Assembly (NCBI GenBank): GCA_000934665.2
Contig: KZ538356.1
Location: 1 to 64,000 of the forward strand
Source of the DNA: Catajapyx aquilonaris
Lineage: Eukaryota
Direction: 5' to 3'
DNA: 64,000 nucleotides
The notes below the pieces were generated by a model. That model was not told the DNA's origin and searched no databases. It worked only from the letters and a program-made list of their open reading frames with translations. Shown piece after piece: positions 37,701 through 50,030 of the stretch. The position numbers and the translations under genes were made by a program. The first letter of the stretch is position 1; each line of letters begins with the position of its first letter.

Positions 37701-40700
37701 ACCGACCGATGATACGGCCCTTAATGGATTTACCACCTCAGCGGGGGGCGTCGCAGCACAGGGTGAATGAGCCTCGCCCACGTCCACCGACAGACGTCAA
37801 TGACGTCGCTCAACATGTAGAGAGACGTTGCATTGTATATGTCTGTGGTTAGCCAGAGAAGGTGGCCTGATGAATACTAATGGGGGGAGGGGGGGGGGGC
37901 AATAGTGTTTTCACCAGACAGAACAGGAAATGGCCTTGCCTGCAGCCAAAATAATTCTTTCTGGAGCATTAGCTGGGGCTTGTATGCTGTGGCAGTCAAC
38001 ATCACACAAAACTCCTTGTCTTCACTCCCCATCATGAATTGTAGGCCAACCTCTTCCATGTTGATGGCATCAAGTGTTACACCACATGGCAATGCTAATC
38101 ACCCACTAATGGTTGGGTTGATTTACATGAATTATATTTTCATACCCCTTTAAAAAAGTAATCACCTTACTGGTTACTGCACTTATATTACCACACTTTA
38201 AAAGGCCATACTCACCTGTTATTGAAGGGAAGTGTTGACAAGGCCTGTATGACTTTTTGCTTTTATAGTTGCCCAGGGGCCATAGTTATGTGCAAAGAAT
38301 CTTCCTTGGTATGTAACATTTAGTTACGGATTTAAGTGCAGAAAAACATGAGTGGCATTTCCATTGTTCAGCATTCATTGACATATTTGGTCATGCACAT
38401 CTAGCACTTCCATGCTGTTGCCACATTTTACACACATCTGAATTGTTGATGTACAGTTAGTTGCAGGAGTATCTTAGCAGACCAGACCAAAAAATTTCGC
38501 GGTCTGGTCTGGTAAGATACTCCTTTAACCAACTGTACAGCATCTCTGCTTATAGCATGGCATGTCAAGTTGATGGAAATATTCACCTGCTTCTCACTTT
38601 CAACTATATTATCCAAATTTTAATGTCACAATTGGGAACAATGCAATTTTGAAAATGCTACCTCTGTGAATGACTTCTTTTTTATTCTTTCATCCAATAT
38701 CTAACTAGTGTAATGCTACAGACTGCTTTATAAACTGCCAACTTTATCCTAAATATGGGGCTAAAATGCAAAATCACAGCTTGTAAGGGGGTTATGACTG
38801 ACAACCACTTGCAACAACCCTCCATTAAGCACAAATCCCATCCACAACTGAGCAATGTCCATTTTGTTACACAAAACTGCTCCAATTGAAAATAGGGGCG
38901 GGAATTGCTAGGGAGACACGTGTTTCACGCTTTTGTGGTAATTACAAGCAAATGGTCGGGTACTCCTGATTATGCTTCAAGAGGTTTCCTGTACATTGGT
39001 AAACCATAGTAGTAGTACCAAATTTCAGAACATTACTAAACACAACACAGTTTCAATCTTTGTAATTTTATCAGAACCAAACGTCTTTTCCATCCAGTCA
39101 CCATCAGACGTGTGTTTAAGACCTAATTGGTTCAAAATTGACTTACTAGCTTCTAACATGTACAGGAAATATATTCGTTTAGTAGTACTAATTATGATCC
39201 AGTCTAGAACAGTTGTGGAGGTTTGGAAACCCCCCTGAAGTGGTAAAACATGCTTACAAGGACAGAGAAGAAGCAGAGCCATTGGCCAGCTGAGAAATGT
39301 ACAAAAAATACACCATATTCAGCTAGACACTTCTGCATAATAAGGAAGAGAAGAAACTCTACTCAAAATAGTATGATTACAAGACAAGTGTTCACTTTTA
39401 GATGTGTTTTAACCCCTGGAAAAAATTCTGGATTACATGTTGCCTTTGCGAAGGCCCACTGCAATTCCTCTAATCGAGATAATCTCAGGTTATAAATGCA
39501 GAACCAGCTCTGTTTTGCCACAGGATAAATTGCACATCCATGAGGCGAAAGAAACTGAGCTAAACTTAAAAAGTCACTTCTGATACTCAAGCATTTTTAG
39601 ACTCTGCTTCCACCTTCCAAAAATAATTTGAATGCACTGCAGAAAAGTGCACAAACTCCCGTTCCAAAGGCAGCAAGCAAGTATACATCCTTCTTATGCC
39701 GCATGTAACATTAAGCTCTATGCCACAGCCTCTATCCGAGTTCATGATATACACCATTCCAAAGATTAGAACTTGGCTGTAAATTTTTTGTTCAAATATT
39801 GTCCAAAATCCAACATAGCAACAAGCATATCTTTAGCTACCACAGCTAAACCCCACATCGATTTAAGCATTTTTTCGAAGCTTCATACCATATTTTGCAA
39901 ATCTCTGTGGAGCATTCTTGCCTCCAAAAATTGCCTTCAGGTGGTGCAAAAAGTGAAGGTCACTTGGTGCAAGAGCTGACAATGAGTGGCCAAGGGACGA
40001 AAGGATGGGAGTGCGCCACAAAAGCTTACAAAATGTGGTACCAGAATTTGAGAAATGTATTGATCAGCATGGAGTTCGTGTGCAATGGTAGATCAAGAAT
40101 GTAGCTAGGTTGAATTGGGTGGAAGATTCCTTAAAAAAACATTTACTTTCCAACCGTATTTACTTTTGGAATGTAGCAATATAAAATAACTTCCACATCA
40201 CGCAAGGGCCCTATAACGATCCCTACAATCAATCATGTCTCATGCAATTCAAAGACAATAAACACACCACTTTCCATCATACATTCTTACATACGTCTTT
40301 TATTATATCCCCCCCCATTTACTTTTATCCCTGTCGAAAAAACAAAGAGTGCACCGCTGAATTACATACAACGAACACGACTGGGTAAAAGAAACTAAAC
40401 AAAACAGACTTCAATCATGTTGAGTCTCAATTATAATACGTGGTTTGCAAAAAATAATAATTGGGTGACAAAATTGGGTCCGGCTAAATTCACAGGCGCC
40501 TGGAAAAACTCCACATACGGGGGCTGCTGCCACGGCACATCCCTATCGGATCTTTAATAGGCAGCTAAATTGTTGGGATGTAAAGGTGGGAAATGGGTAA
40601 AGGTCAGGATGTAAAAGATGAGTGTGAAGAAAGGAGAGATGGGAGTGGGAAGGGAGAGGGCTTAAAGCGAATAACTTATGGTTTCCTCCTTCTGGATTCC

Positions 40701-40703
40701 CCT

Positions 40704-43700
40704 CTACTGAGTTGCACATGGTATTCCCCCTGGACCACCCCGATGCCCCTCATCATCATCTGAGTCGTATGCCTCCTGTCTGTGACCTGATGACCCTTCT
40801 CCAGGGCCAAACCCATCACGGCCTGGAGTGTAATCGTGAAGGTCCACCTCCTCCACATCGTCGCCTTCCGGACGGACAAATTCGGGTCGCTCTGGGAGAA
40901 TCTTCTCTAACTCCTAAAACCAGTAGATGCAAAGCATTAATTACTGAACAGTAGGTACAACCCTGAACCCCAAAGAGTAGCCATAAAAAATGAAGTGAAT
41001 CAAGTCCATAAAATTATAAGGCTGTAGAAACAAGTGCAATGCACTTAACTACATTTGTTGGAGTACGTCAACAGAAGACTCTATGTAGATTGGAAGGAAG
41101 GATTACACTATCCCGCAATGATTTCGTGGCACGGGTTTGATTAGTGACCTAACCTAACCCAACGGCGCTGATTTCCATTTTTCCTTGTCACATGTACGGC
41201 TTTCTTGCAATGATAGCATTAATTTGATTACATTCTACAAATGCATACAATTTACCAAACAATATATAAAACAACTAGCCTAACCTTCCAAATGATACCT
41301 CACGTGTCGAGATAACACAAAACCATATCTAGTGCATTCTTTTTTTTTTTTTGGGGGNGGGGCGCACATTTTCCACACACATAATAATCAAAGCTAACTA
41401 GGGGAATTTTTTGGCTGCATACCCAAAAATTTGTGATCTTGGCATTTCCTCAACACTCCGGTAAAATTGGGATGATTAGGTTGTTTTATTCATTATTCAG
41501 TAACTTTCATTGTAATTAATTGCAGTATTTAATCAAATAATCACATTATCATTGCAAGAAAACTGTATGTGAATGTGATAAGGAAAAATAGATATAAGAT
41601 CTACCATCAGAGCCCTCGTGTTAGGTTAAGTCACTCATCAAATCCTGTACCACAGAAAATACACCATGTTCATTGCAGTTTGTCAGTGTGTGTGACCACA
41701 TTTTGCAAGCATCCATCAAATGCACTTGCCCTCATGCAGATTACTGGTAAGCCTCTCCCTTGAGCCTAGTTCCATTAGAAGTTATTTTTGGTATGTAGAG
41801 CTATTACAGGATCATGCATGTAATGCACACCAAGGAAACAACCTAGCACAGCATGCTTAGTGCTTACACAGTACATTATTAGCTACCAGGGGATGGTAAG
41901 TTACAAACACTGATTCAAGTTCATTTCATATTCCTAAAAATACGGATATATATATATATCAGGTGGTACAGCAAGTGTTTCACAAAAGTAAACCTTCTGG
42001 TACAGTACTGGCCAATAATCGAGGCAACGACTAGCGACATTTTCCAGAAGCGGCAGAAGAATGAATCTTGCTCGCCCGGCTTCTAGTATGCTTATCTTCG
42101 ATTCCTTCTTCTGCCGCTTCGGGAAAATGTCGCTAGTCGTTGCCTCGATTATTGGCCAGTACTGTACATAACACAGATGCCAAAATCAGGAGGAAACATT
42201 AAGTGGCACACCATTTGGTTGTGGTCCCTGTCAATATGAAGGGAAGCCAAATTTTAAAGTTACCCCAAATGTTATTGCTGGTACCATAATTTTCACTGCT
42301 AATAAATCAAGATCACTGATTCCACTCAGTCAATTTCCTTTCAAAATTCAAAAGCCACTTTTGTTGGTGTCACAAATGCAACCTTGATCACGGCATAATT
42401 AAGCCATGGTGTAAGCCAGTGTTAGAGAGTCTTATTTACACCAGACCTAAATATTTGATTGTGTGTGTGCAGCCAGTGCTACACAGGTGTCACATCAGAA
42501 CTTCTACCAAATAAGTGCTGCTAGACCATGGCTCTGCTACCTTTGCACTGGAACAAATGCAGTGCTTCCACTTGTGTTACACTATGGTAGACATTAGCCA
42601 AGATTTGAATTGGCCTGATGATTCTCAGAGTCAGCTGTACCTGATGCCAAAATAAGATATCATCTCTTATAGCATTTTTGTTCTACAAGCTCAATCAGTT
42701 TTACATCCGATAAAACAAATTTAATCTCTCAACAGTACTGGTTAAAAATTTTCACTCTCTTCTGTGTCACCGTGGTTGTCAAGTATCTAAGCAAGAATCT
42801 ACTTGCTATAGCAGGGTAACCAAAGGTACAGCCCCGAGCATAAAGTTGGAGACGCTGAGGGCCTTCTCTGACTTTACTTTATCCGACTCAAATTAATGGT
42901 CTACTTTTTGGCGAGTTAGCTGCTTTAGGCTTGCGTTCGTGTATTTATAACTGTATATTTGATATTGTAATGGCTGGGATTGGCAGAGCACCCAGCCAAA
43001 GGGGAGGGCCAAGGAGTTAGCAACTCCCTGGAACCGGGGTACACACTGGCCAAGGAACACGCCCGGAACCAGGTGGAACCATCCGGTTCCAGGATCAGGT
43101 GTACAATTTTTTGGGGAGTTGCTAACCCCTTGGGGAGGGCCTGCTGTCACCAACTTTATGCTCGGGATTGTACATTCTCCTGCAAGCAACCTCCTTCCCT
43201 GCGGCTAGGAAGCCAACATGACTCATTATGTGAATCCGTGACATTTCCATCAATGCAGATGTGAGCTGAAATCACTCACATGAAGAAAAACAATCTTGTA
43301 AGAATGTCCTTGTAATAAAGAGAAAAAAAAATCTACTCAATGTTTAAAACTTTTATGTAAAAAATTGTTATGTCAACATCTACCACAAAAATCCCCATAG
43401 CCAAATTACCTGCTGGGTAGGAACAATGGCAGGTAAGCACTGAGCAGTGACATCACCTTCCTCATCTTTACACTAATGTAACTGGTGTTTCTTAAGTCTA
43501 ATTTGTTGTCAAACATATGGAACCTTCTCTGTCAATCGGTCATATTTGACTAAAACCAGATATGTTGTAATACCCATGTATTCATGTTATGGAGTTCATC
43601 TATCCATGCTTGACTGCAAAACTACAACTTTTCATGCATCTTTGGTCCGCAAGGTGTTATCTGGAGGCTCATAACTCCTCAAGCACATTGTCAAATCCAA

Positions 43701-46700
43701 AATGGGTTTGAAACTACTTTACTGCCAAGCCTAGCATCAAGTAAGCGTCAATTAAAATTTTCTGATTCGAAATGGGTTTGAAAAATTAAATATTAAGGCT
43801 GATGAAAGTTGGCCCATTATAAAAATCTCCCATTGGCCTTCAATGTTTACAAGAGATATTCACAAGATCTGGAGGGCAAACTGGCACTTTAGATATGTTG
43901 TTGCCATTATTTTGTCATAATCAGCCTCTGTCGACCAGTCCTCCCTCAGAAACCACAAAATATAAGCAAATCAAAAAAATATCAATGGTTTTGAAAGCTC
44001 TTTGCAGGATCTGTCAGGTAGGGAATCCAAAATTTCATAGATGCACAATATTTGTATGCAAAATGACATCCGAGGTTTTGTTTTTAATGTTTCCCAAATT
44101 GTGGAACATTTCCGACTGCCCCTTAAAATGAAACCTGCTAAGTCTACTTGAAGCATCCATAAAATGTTGAAATTTAAAATGCCATTTAAAAAATAGAACT
44201 AACACAGCATCTCGATAGTCAAAAAAGTAGCTTCCAAACTCTCACGCTACTTTTTTTCTTAGAGAAGGCGGGGTAAGAAGTCAATGGATGAGAGGTATGC
44301 AAGTTGGCTCCTTGTTCTCGCTACAACAGTTTCTTGCAAGCTTGTGAACACACCTTTAGTGACTCGACCAGAGAATGGTGCCGACATCACAAGCTGTTCG
44401 TTGTCACTTTATTGTGATGTCAGTGCCATTCTCTGGTAAAAACAATAATACCGTGGCACTTAAGAACAGTGTCGCAGGGTAACACTAAAAATGCACCATT
44501 TCAAAAAACATGCAGCCCGAAATGAAATCTGCGCTTACCTTAAGCTGATCCTCTGTAGTGAAATGTGAGTCCGGGAAGACAACATCAAACTTGAGGTAGA
44601 GGTTCCCCTTGTCAAAAGGGTTTCGGTGCCTTGGCATCCCCTCCCCAATCACTGACTTCACCTGCCCTGGCTGCACGACCTGTCCAGGGGGATGTTTGAC
44701 CACCAAGTCACGCCCATCCAAGTGCTTCACAGTCAGGCAAAACCCACAGAGGGCCTCGGTCAATGTCAGCGAATGTGTCATAAATAGGTCATCTCCAGAG
44801 CGCTTGAAACGCTCATGAGGTTTCAATTGCAGGACAATGATAACGTCGCCTGGTTCAACACCTGGCGCCTGGTCACCCTCCCCTCTGAAGTTTATCCGCT
44901 GTCCATCAGACATCCCCTGTTCCACATGCACCTCCAGGATCTTGCTCTCAGAGCCAACCTTCTTCCCCTTGCATGACTGACACCGGTCCTTCTCAGCCAC
45001 AACTTCTCCTTCTCCAGCGCACTCTGGGCATACCCGCTGTATCTGCTGGGCCATACCCGGGGCCAGCTGGTGATAGGTCACCTTGATTCCATGGCCCCGA
45101 CATGACTTGCACGTCTGCTGTGCCCCAGCAGTGCCTCCCCGACCGTCACATGATTTGCATAGGACATTCTTGCTCAGCTGCAGCTTAGATGTTTTCCCAT
45201 TGTAGAGGTCTTCAAGAGTCACCCTGTCAGGAAGGGTTTTATGAGTGAATGTGATAAGCTGATCATAAATAATGCACATGACAAGTGAAGGGTTAGAAGT
45301 GCAGCAAATGAAAGCACATAATGTGCTGATCATCGTAGAGTAGGAGATATAATAATGTCTCAACCTGTATGACACTTTAGTTGCTACTGTGATTATTTGT
45401 GATTGCAACATGTCTTCCCTTCCCTAACCTTCTCCGCACATGGGCATCTACAAGCTTAAACCAGATCCAATGCAAATCTCTTGAACATTTCCGAGACTCT
45501 AAGGTTGACTCAGCATTACACATTCTACTGTTCAGCCCTCTCACTCACCTCAATGGATGCACTGTGTCCTCTCCTTTCTGTCTCCTCCTCCTCCCAGGCC
45601 CTCCACCCCCACCCATCCCAAAGAGGCCTCCGCCAAACAAGTGGGACAGTAGATCTTCCCCTCCAAATGCATGGTCCATTCCTCCTCCACCTTCTTGAAG
45701 ACCCTTGAGGCCATACTTGTCATATATCTGTCGCTTCTTGGAATCAGACAGCACCTCATAGGCAAACGAGATCTCCTTAAACTTGTCTCCAGCCTCTGGG
45801 TTTTTGTCTGGATGGTACTCCTTAGCTAAGCGACGGTATGACTAGGGGGAAAAACAACACCAAAAATTAAACATCATTGCTAAATTTTTGCCTGATCACA
45901 CCCATTTTCTTCGAAATGTTCTAGAGTCAAAATTCAACCTTTGTCTCAGCCATGGCTCATCATATTTCAGAAATAATGCCTTGATGGGCCTGCCTTGGGA
46001 AAATTCTAAATAGTAAAGACGACATACAACCTTGAAACAAAAGAGGTTATATTCGCATAACACAAACCTTGAGAATGGCATTGAAAAATTGCAGTCACAA
46101 TAATTTCTTAACTGAAAACCTTTGACGTCTCCGCCAGAATTGTACTCAATCTTGTGCAACCAATGGATGAGATATCAAATTCAGGTGGTGGCTCGTACTC
46201 CCCCGAGTCCCTAACAGGACAGTCAATTACACTTTTAAAAATCTAGGGGCATAATTATGTGAAGCTGCATTTCGTTTGGAAATGTGAACAGACTTCACTA
46301 GGAATGTGAACAGCTAATTTTTATGCGGACTATCTTGATATTGGATGATAAACATTTTACAGGCTTACACAGCTGCATTATTCCATGATTTATAAACCTG
46401 CCAGGGGCAATTTATTCTAGGTGATTATAATCTTCTGTTCCAAAAACAAACAAAAAAAGGGTACATCTTTGCAATAGGCAACTGCATTAAGAACAAAAGG
46501 CTGAGTCCAAGCTGTTTGTAATTAGGGAAAGGCGTGAAAGATGAAGACTTTAAACTCTTTAACAGTGTGAGGTGCACTGCATGACCAAAATGCAGCGTTA
46601 CATGTAAAACATAAGCTTCATCTATTTGGACCAGTCTATTTCTGCCCTGAGTGGAGATTAGGCGGATCAGTTCTTGCTTGGGTGGTCGTAATGACTGGCC

Positions 46701-47987
46701 TTCGCAGGCCCTTATCTCCTCTGAATGAAACAGGCAAGTCCAACACAGCATTGCATAATTTTACCTGGTACCACTACACATTAGCTGCCCAGTAAAGTGC
46801 CATGTCATACCAGGTGTAGGGAGAACCATTGTTGAAGCCTACATTCTTCCCAGAAGTAACCACAATGCAAGTCGCATTTACCAGGAACGCAACTGGCACT
46901 TCCCCCAAAAAGACAACAAAACTGGGAACAGATGAGTGTACATTTTGAAAGTTGACATCTCATGTTTTATACAACATTTTGGCAATAAAAATTTGGCCAT
47001 TTCTGATTACCAGGATGCAAATGCAGCACGAGTGGTTCATGTCACACCTGTTTACGCTACATATTCGCTCGACTCATGTAAGTACAGTAAAACCCCGATT
47101 ATCTGACTCCTCGGTTGATCCGATTGTCCCACTCCAGCAATAACTTGTTTTTCTCATCAAATACTGTAATGACTAATGTACTACACATTTGTTTCATATT
47201 GCCTTCGTTAAATTGTAAATACAGAAGTGTGTAATATATAAATACTGCACTATTTCTGAGAAAATCATAATATTGTACATTATTTCATGCTTTTATGTAT
47301 TTTATTGTGTTTTATTAAAAGTTTTATTTGCTCCTCGGATTATTCAACCTTTGTTGTGTTCCGACCATGCCCTGGTCCCATGGGATAATCTGGGTTATAC
47401 CGTACGTTAACATGAAATGCATCTGTAACATTCTGCCCCATTGGCGTGGAGCCTTTATGGTCTGGTCGCCGTAACTCCCGACACAGTTGTGCTGCCCCAA
47501 GTTGCATTATGAAACCCTCGACCACCTCCGTTCTTTTCACCGGTTAACCACACCATTCCATCCCAACCAAAACACTTCTGTAGGTTCACCAGACAAAAAG
47601 ACATGCCTCAAGATCATGAAGTGGCCATGAATTGCATAATACCCGCCTTGTTTACTCTCCAAGGCCACCATTCAGATTACCTCGCCCCTGTTCCACACAC
47701 AAAAAGGAATCTCCCACCCCCAGAGAGGGCCCCATCGGAACCCTCCGCACACCCAAAAATCCGCCCCGAAAACACCCAAGGCCTTTCTTTCTTCCCCTCC
47801 CTCCGTCCCCCCACCACCGTCCTCCATGTGGTTTATTTCTGGCCCCGTGCCCGCCCCTGGTCCGCTCAACCCCCCCACATGCTTTCGACCAAGCCCCAGT
47901 GGGGGGACCCAAACCCACCTTCTTGAGCTCCGCGTCCGTGGCGGTCTTGGACACCTCCAGGATGTCGTACAGATTGATGTCCGCCAT
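40704..47987 (-). CDS. DNAJA2: DnaJ homolog subfamily A (DNAJA2/Droj2-like), 418 aa, 4 coding exons
   Basis: Exons 47987-47919, 45841-45549, 45223-44539, 40913-40704 total 1257 nt. J domain with YHPDKNP, G/F region, four CxxCxGx(G) repeats, GEGDQAPG and GEGMP motifs, C-terminal CaaX box CATQ. Confidence 0.95.
42003..42164. mobile_element. 162-bp Tc1/mariner-type MITE
   Basis: TA flanks; ~65-bp inverted arms starting CAGTACTGGCCAATAATCGAGGC with two mismatches. Confidence 0.85.
43010..43132. mobile_element. 123-bp hAT-type MITE
   Basis: 19-bp TIR CAAGG(A/G)GTTAGCAACTCCC; exact 8-bp target duplication GGGAGGGC at 43002-43009 and 43133-43140; internal GGAACC repeats. Confidence 0.88.
44367..44437. 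repeat. 71-nt hairpin (26-bp arms, 19-nt loop) in DnaJA intron 3
   Basis: ACCAGAGAATGGTGCCGACATCACAA pairs with TTGTGATGTCAGTGCCATTCTCTGGT. Confidence 0.75.
47085..47402. mobile_element. Tigger/pogo-like MITE
   Basis: TA-CAGTAAAACCCCGATTATC ... GATAATCTGGGTTATACCG-TA with an AT-rich interior. Confidence 0.7.
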
Positions 47988-48180
47988 GTTGACGGCCCCG
48001 AGAGCTCCAGCGAAAAGGAAGGAAGGCGATGCGGGGCTCGACTCGAGCTAGTGGTGGTGGGGTCAGGTAGGTGGTGGTGGGGGTGGCTGGGGGGATGGGG
48101 AGGGGGGGAGCCAAAAGGAACAAGGGTACCAGGTGGACACAAAGATACGGTGTCGCGGACAGTGTCCGGTAACCAGGGAG

Positions 48181-48644
48181 TGACTCAGCACGAGAACACG
48201 CTGCGTCTGGTAACACCGGAATGACGTCACAACGACCGCGTGGTTGCCACATCGCTTCAGAACAACCAAAAAAAATGTAAATTGCAAATGACAAAATCGA
48301 GCAAAATTGTGTAGCATTTTCGCACAAAAATTGACTGGAAATGTGATTGATTGCGGTGACGTCATTAAATTAATACCGACTGATTACGTCACAAAGGAGC
48401 GGGAGGTACGAATGGAACTTCCGGTTCGTTCACCTCACTGCAGCTCACAAATGGCCTAAAAAATACAGACAATAATTGTGCGGTAAATGTACCGGAAATG
48501 TGTCGATGATGATAATAATAATAAACTGGGGCTATGATGCAACAAGGACAAAAGGATACGCTTTCTATTATTCTTAGCATCCGACCCTTTTCCAGTTCTT
48601 TCACCCAGTATAAATACGGGTCGGTTGGAGATCACTTGTCATTT
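48181..48644. promoter_or_regulatory. Divergent promoter region between DnaJA and the pacifastin gene
   Basis: TGACTCA at 48181; TGACGTCA at 48222 and 48357; TTACGTCA at 48384; CCGGAA cores; TATAAATA at 48609-48616 with Inr-like TCATTT at 48639-48644 at appropriate spacing for the + gene. Confidence 0.65.
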
Positions 48645-48687
48645 TTGTGGGTGTTTTGGGGAAGTGCAGAGTTGCAGCATTGCAGTT

Positions 48688-50006
48688 ATGGCTGGGACCT
48701 TCCTGCTGATTGTTGTGGCTTGTTGCGTAGTCAGTGGAAGCACTAGGAGCATCATATTTGAGGAAGATCCAGGTAATGTAAATATGTAATACCTGAGCCA
48801 ATTCTTTCTGCATGAAAAGCACGGCAGGAAAATGCATACCTTCCTTCAATGCTTAAAACTAATTTAATTAATATAAAGGACCATTAATTGGATGGTGTTA
48901 TGCAATAATGAGTCATCCCACAAAAATGTCAAAATTATTGAGTTAAGCCCAGCAACATATACCTAAAGGATCGTACTTCATTCAGTTAAAATCACACTTG
49001 TGAAATCTGCATACTTCTGCCTTAAATGACCAAAAAGAACACAGAATTTATTTCACAGGTATGACCTTCAAAGCCCCCTTTCTCAAAAGGTCTCATGTGG
49101 GTTGACTCATTATTACGTAACACGGTCGAATTACATACAGTATTGTAATAATTACAGCACTACAATGTACTCCCAATAATTATCCATGCTAATGAGTGCA
49201 AGGGTTATGTACGGATAATCAGAAAACACAGCTTTTACAATAATGGTAATAGATACTGTAGAAAGGAGCTATTCACAAGTTTTCACTACTCTGCCGTCAG
49301 TTGTAAGAAGACCGTAACTCAAAAACTAGCAAGGGCGAAAGTCGCATGCATGCCGTGCACTAATCCACCCTGGCTCAGAGGGGATTAGTGCAGGGCGTGC
49401 ATGCGACTTTCGCCCTTACTGGTTTTCGAGTTACGGTCTTCTTACATCAGACGGCAGTACTGTATATACTACATCTTACTTTAAATTAAATTAAAATAAT
49501 AAAACTTACTATAGCTTTTTAGTTTTTATTCTGGAATAAGTCTAACATTTCTCTGTTTGCAAGATATATTGACAGTCTCTCGGACTTGTTACTTCTAAAA
49601 TTTTTTTTGGGGTGATGCACAGATAATCCGTACCTAGATAATAATTGGGAATAGTGTCGTTGAATACCCATTTTTATCAGAACTAACTAGAGATGTACTT
49701 TTCCACTTCCTCCAAGCGGATCGTTGCCAACCTGGCGAGACAATAAAGCGAGAGTGCAACATATGCACCTGCAGCAATGGCGCCTTAAATTGTACTAAAA
49801 TGTACTGTTTCCCGGAGGAGGTTGCGGATGAAGAAAAAAGTGGTAAGAGTCTTGCCTCACCGTTTATTTATGAAATACTGTACAGCATTTTCTTTCTTAT
49901 TGCAGAAACCTGCATACCTGGATCGACTCGAAAAATTGCTTGCAACACCTGCAAGTGCAACGGTCGTGAGTGGCATTGTACCAAGAAATACTGTGGTGAC
50001 AATTGA
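48688..50006 (+). CDS. Secreted pacifastin-family serine protease inhibitor, 103 aa, two inhibitor domains
   Basis: Exons 48688-48772, 49717-49842, 49906-50006 (312 nt, phase-1 introns). Signal peptide MAGTFLLIVVACCVVSG; domains CQPGETIKRECNICTCSNGALNCTKMYC and CIPGSTRKIACNTCKCNGREWHCTKKYC fit C-x9-CNxCxC-x1-2-G-x3-4-CT-x3-C. Confidence 0.88.
49284..49462. mobile_element. ~180-bp foldback MITE in pacifastin intron 1
   Basis: ~75-bp inverted arms (CTGCCGTC.G.TGTAAGAAGACCGTAACTC...GCACTAATCC); right end CAGTACTG-TA, left end decayed. Confidence 0.8.
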
Positions 50007-50030
50007 GATAGTACACCCACTTGAAAACAA

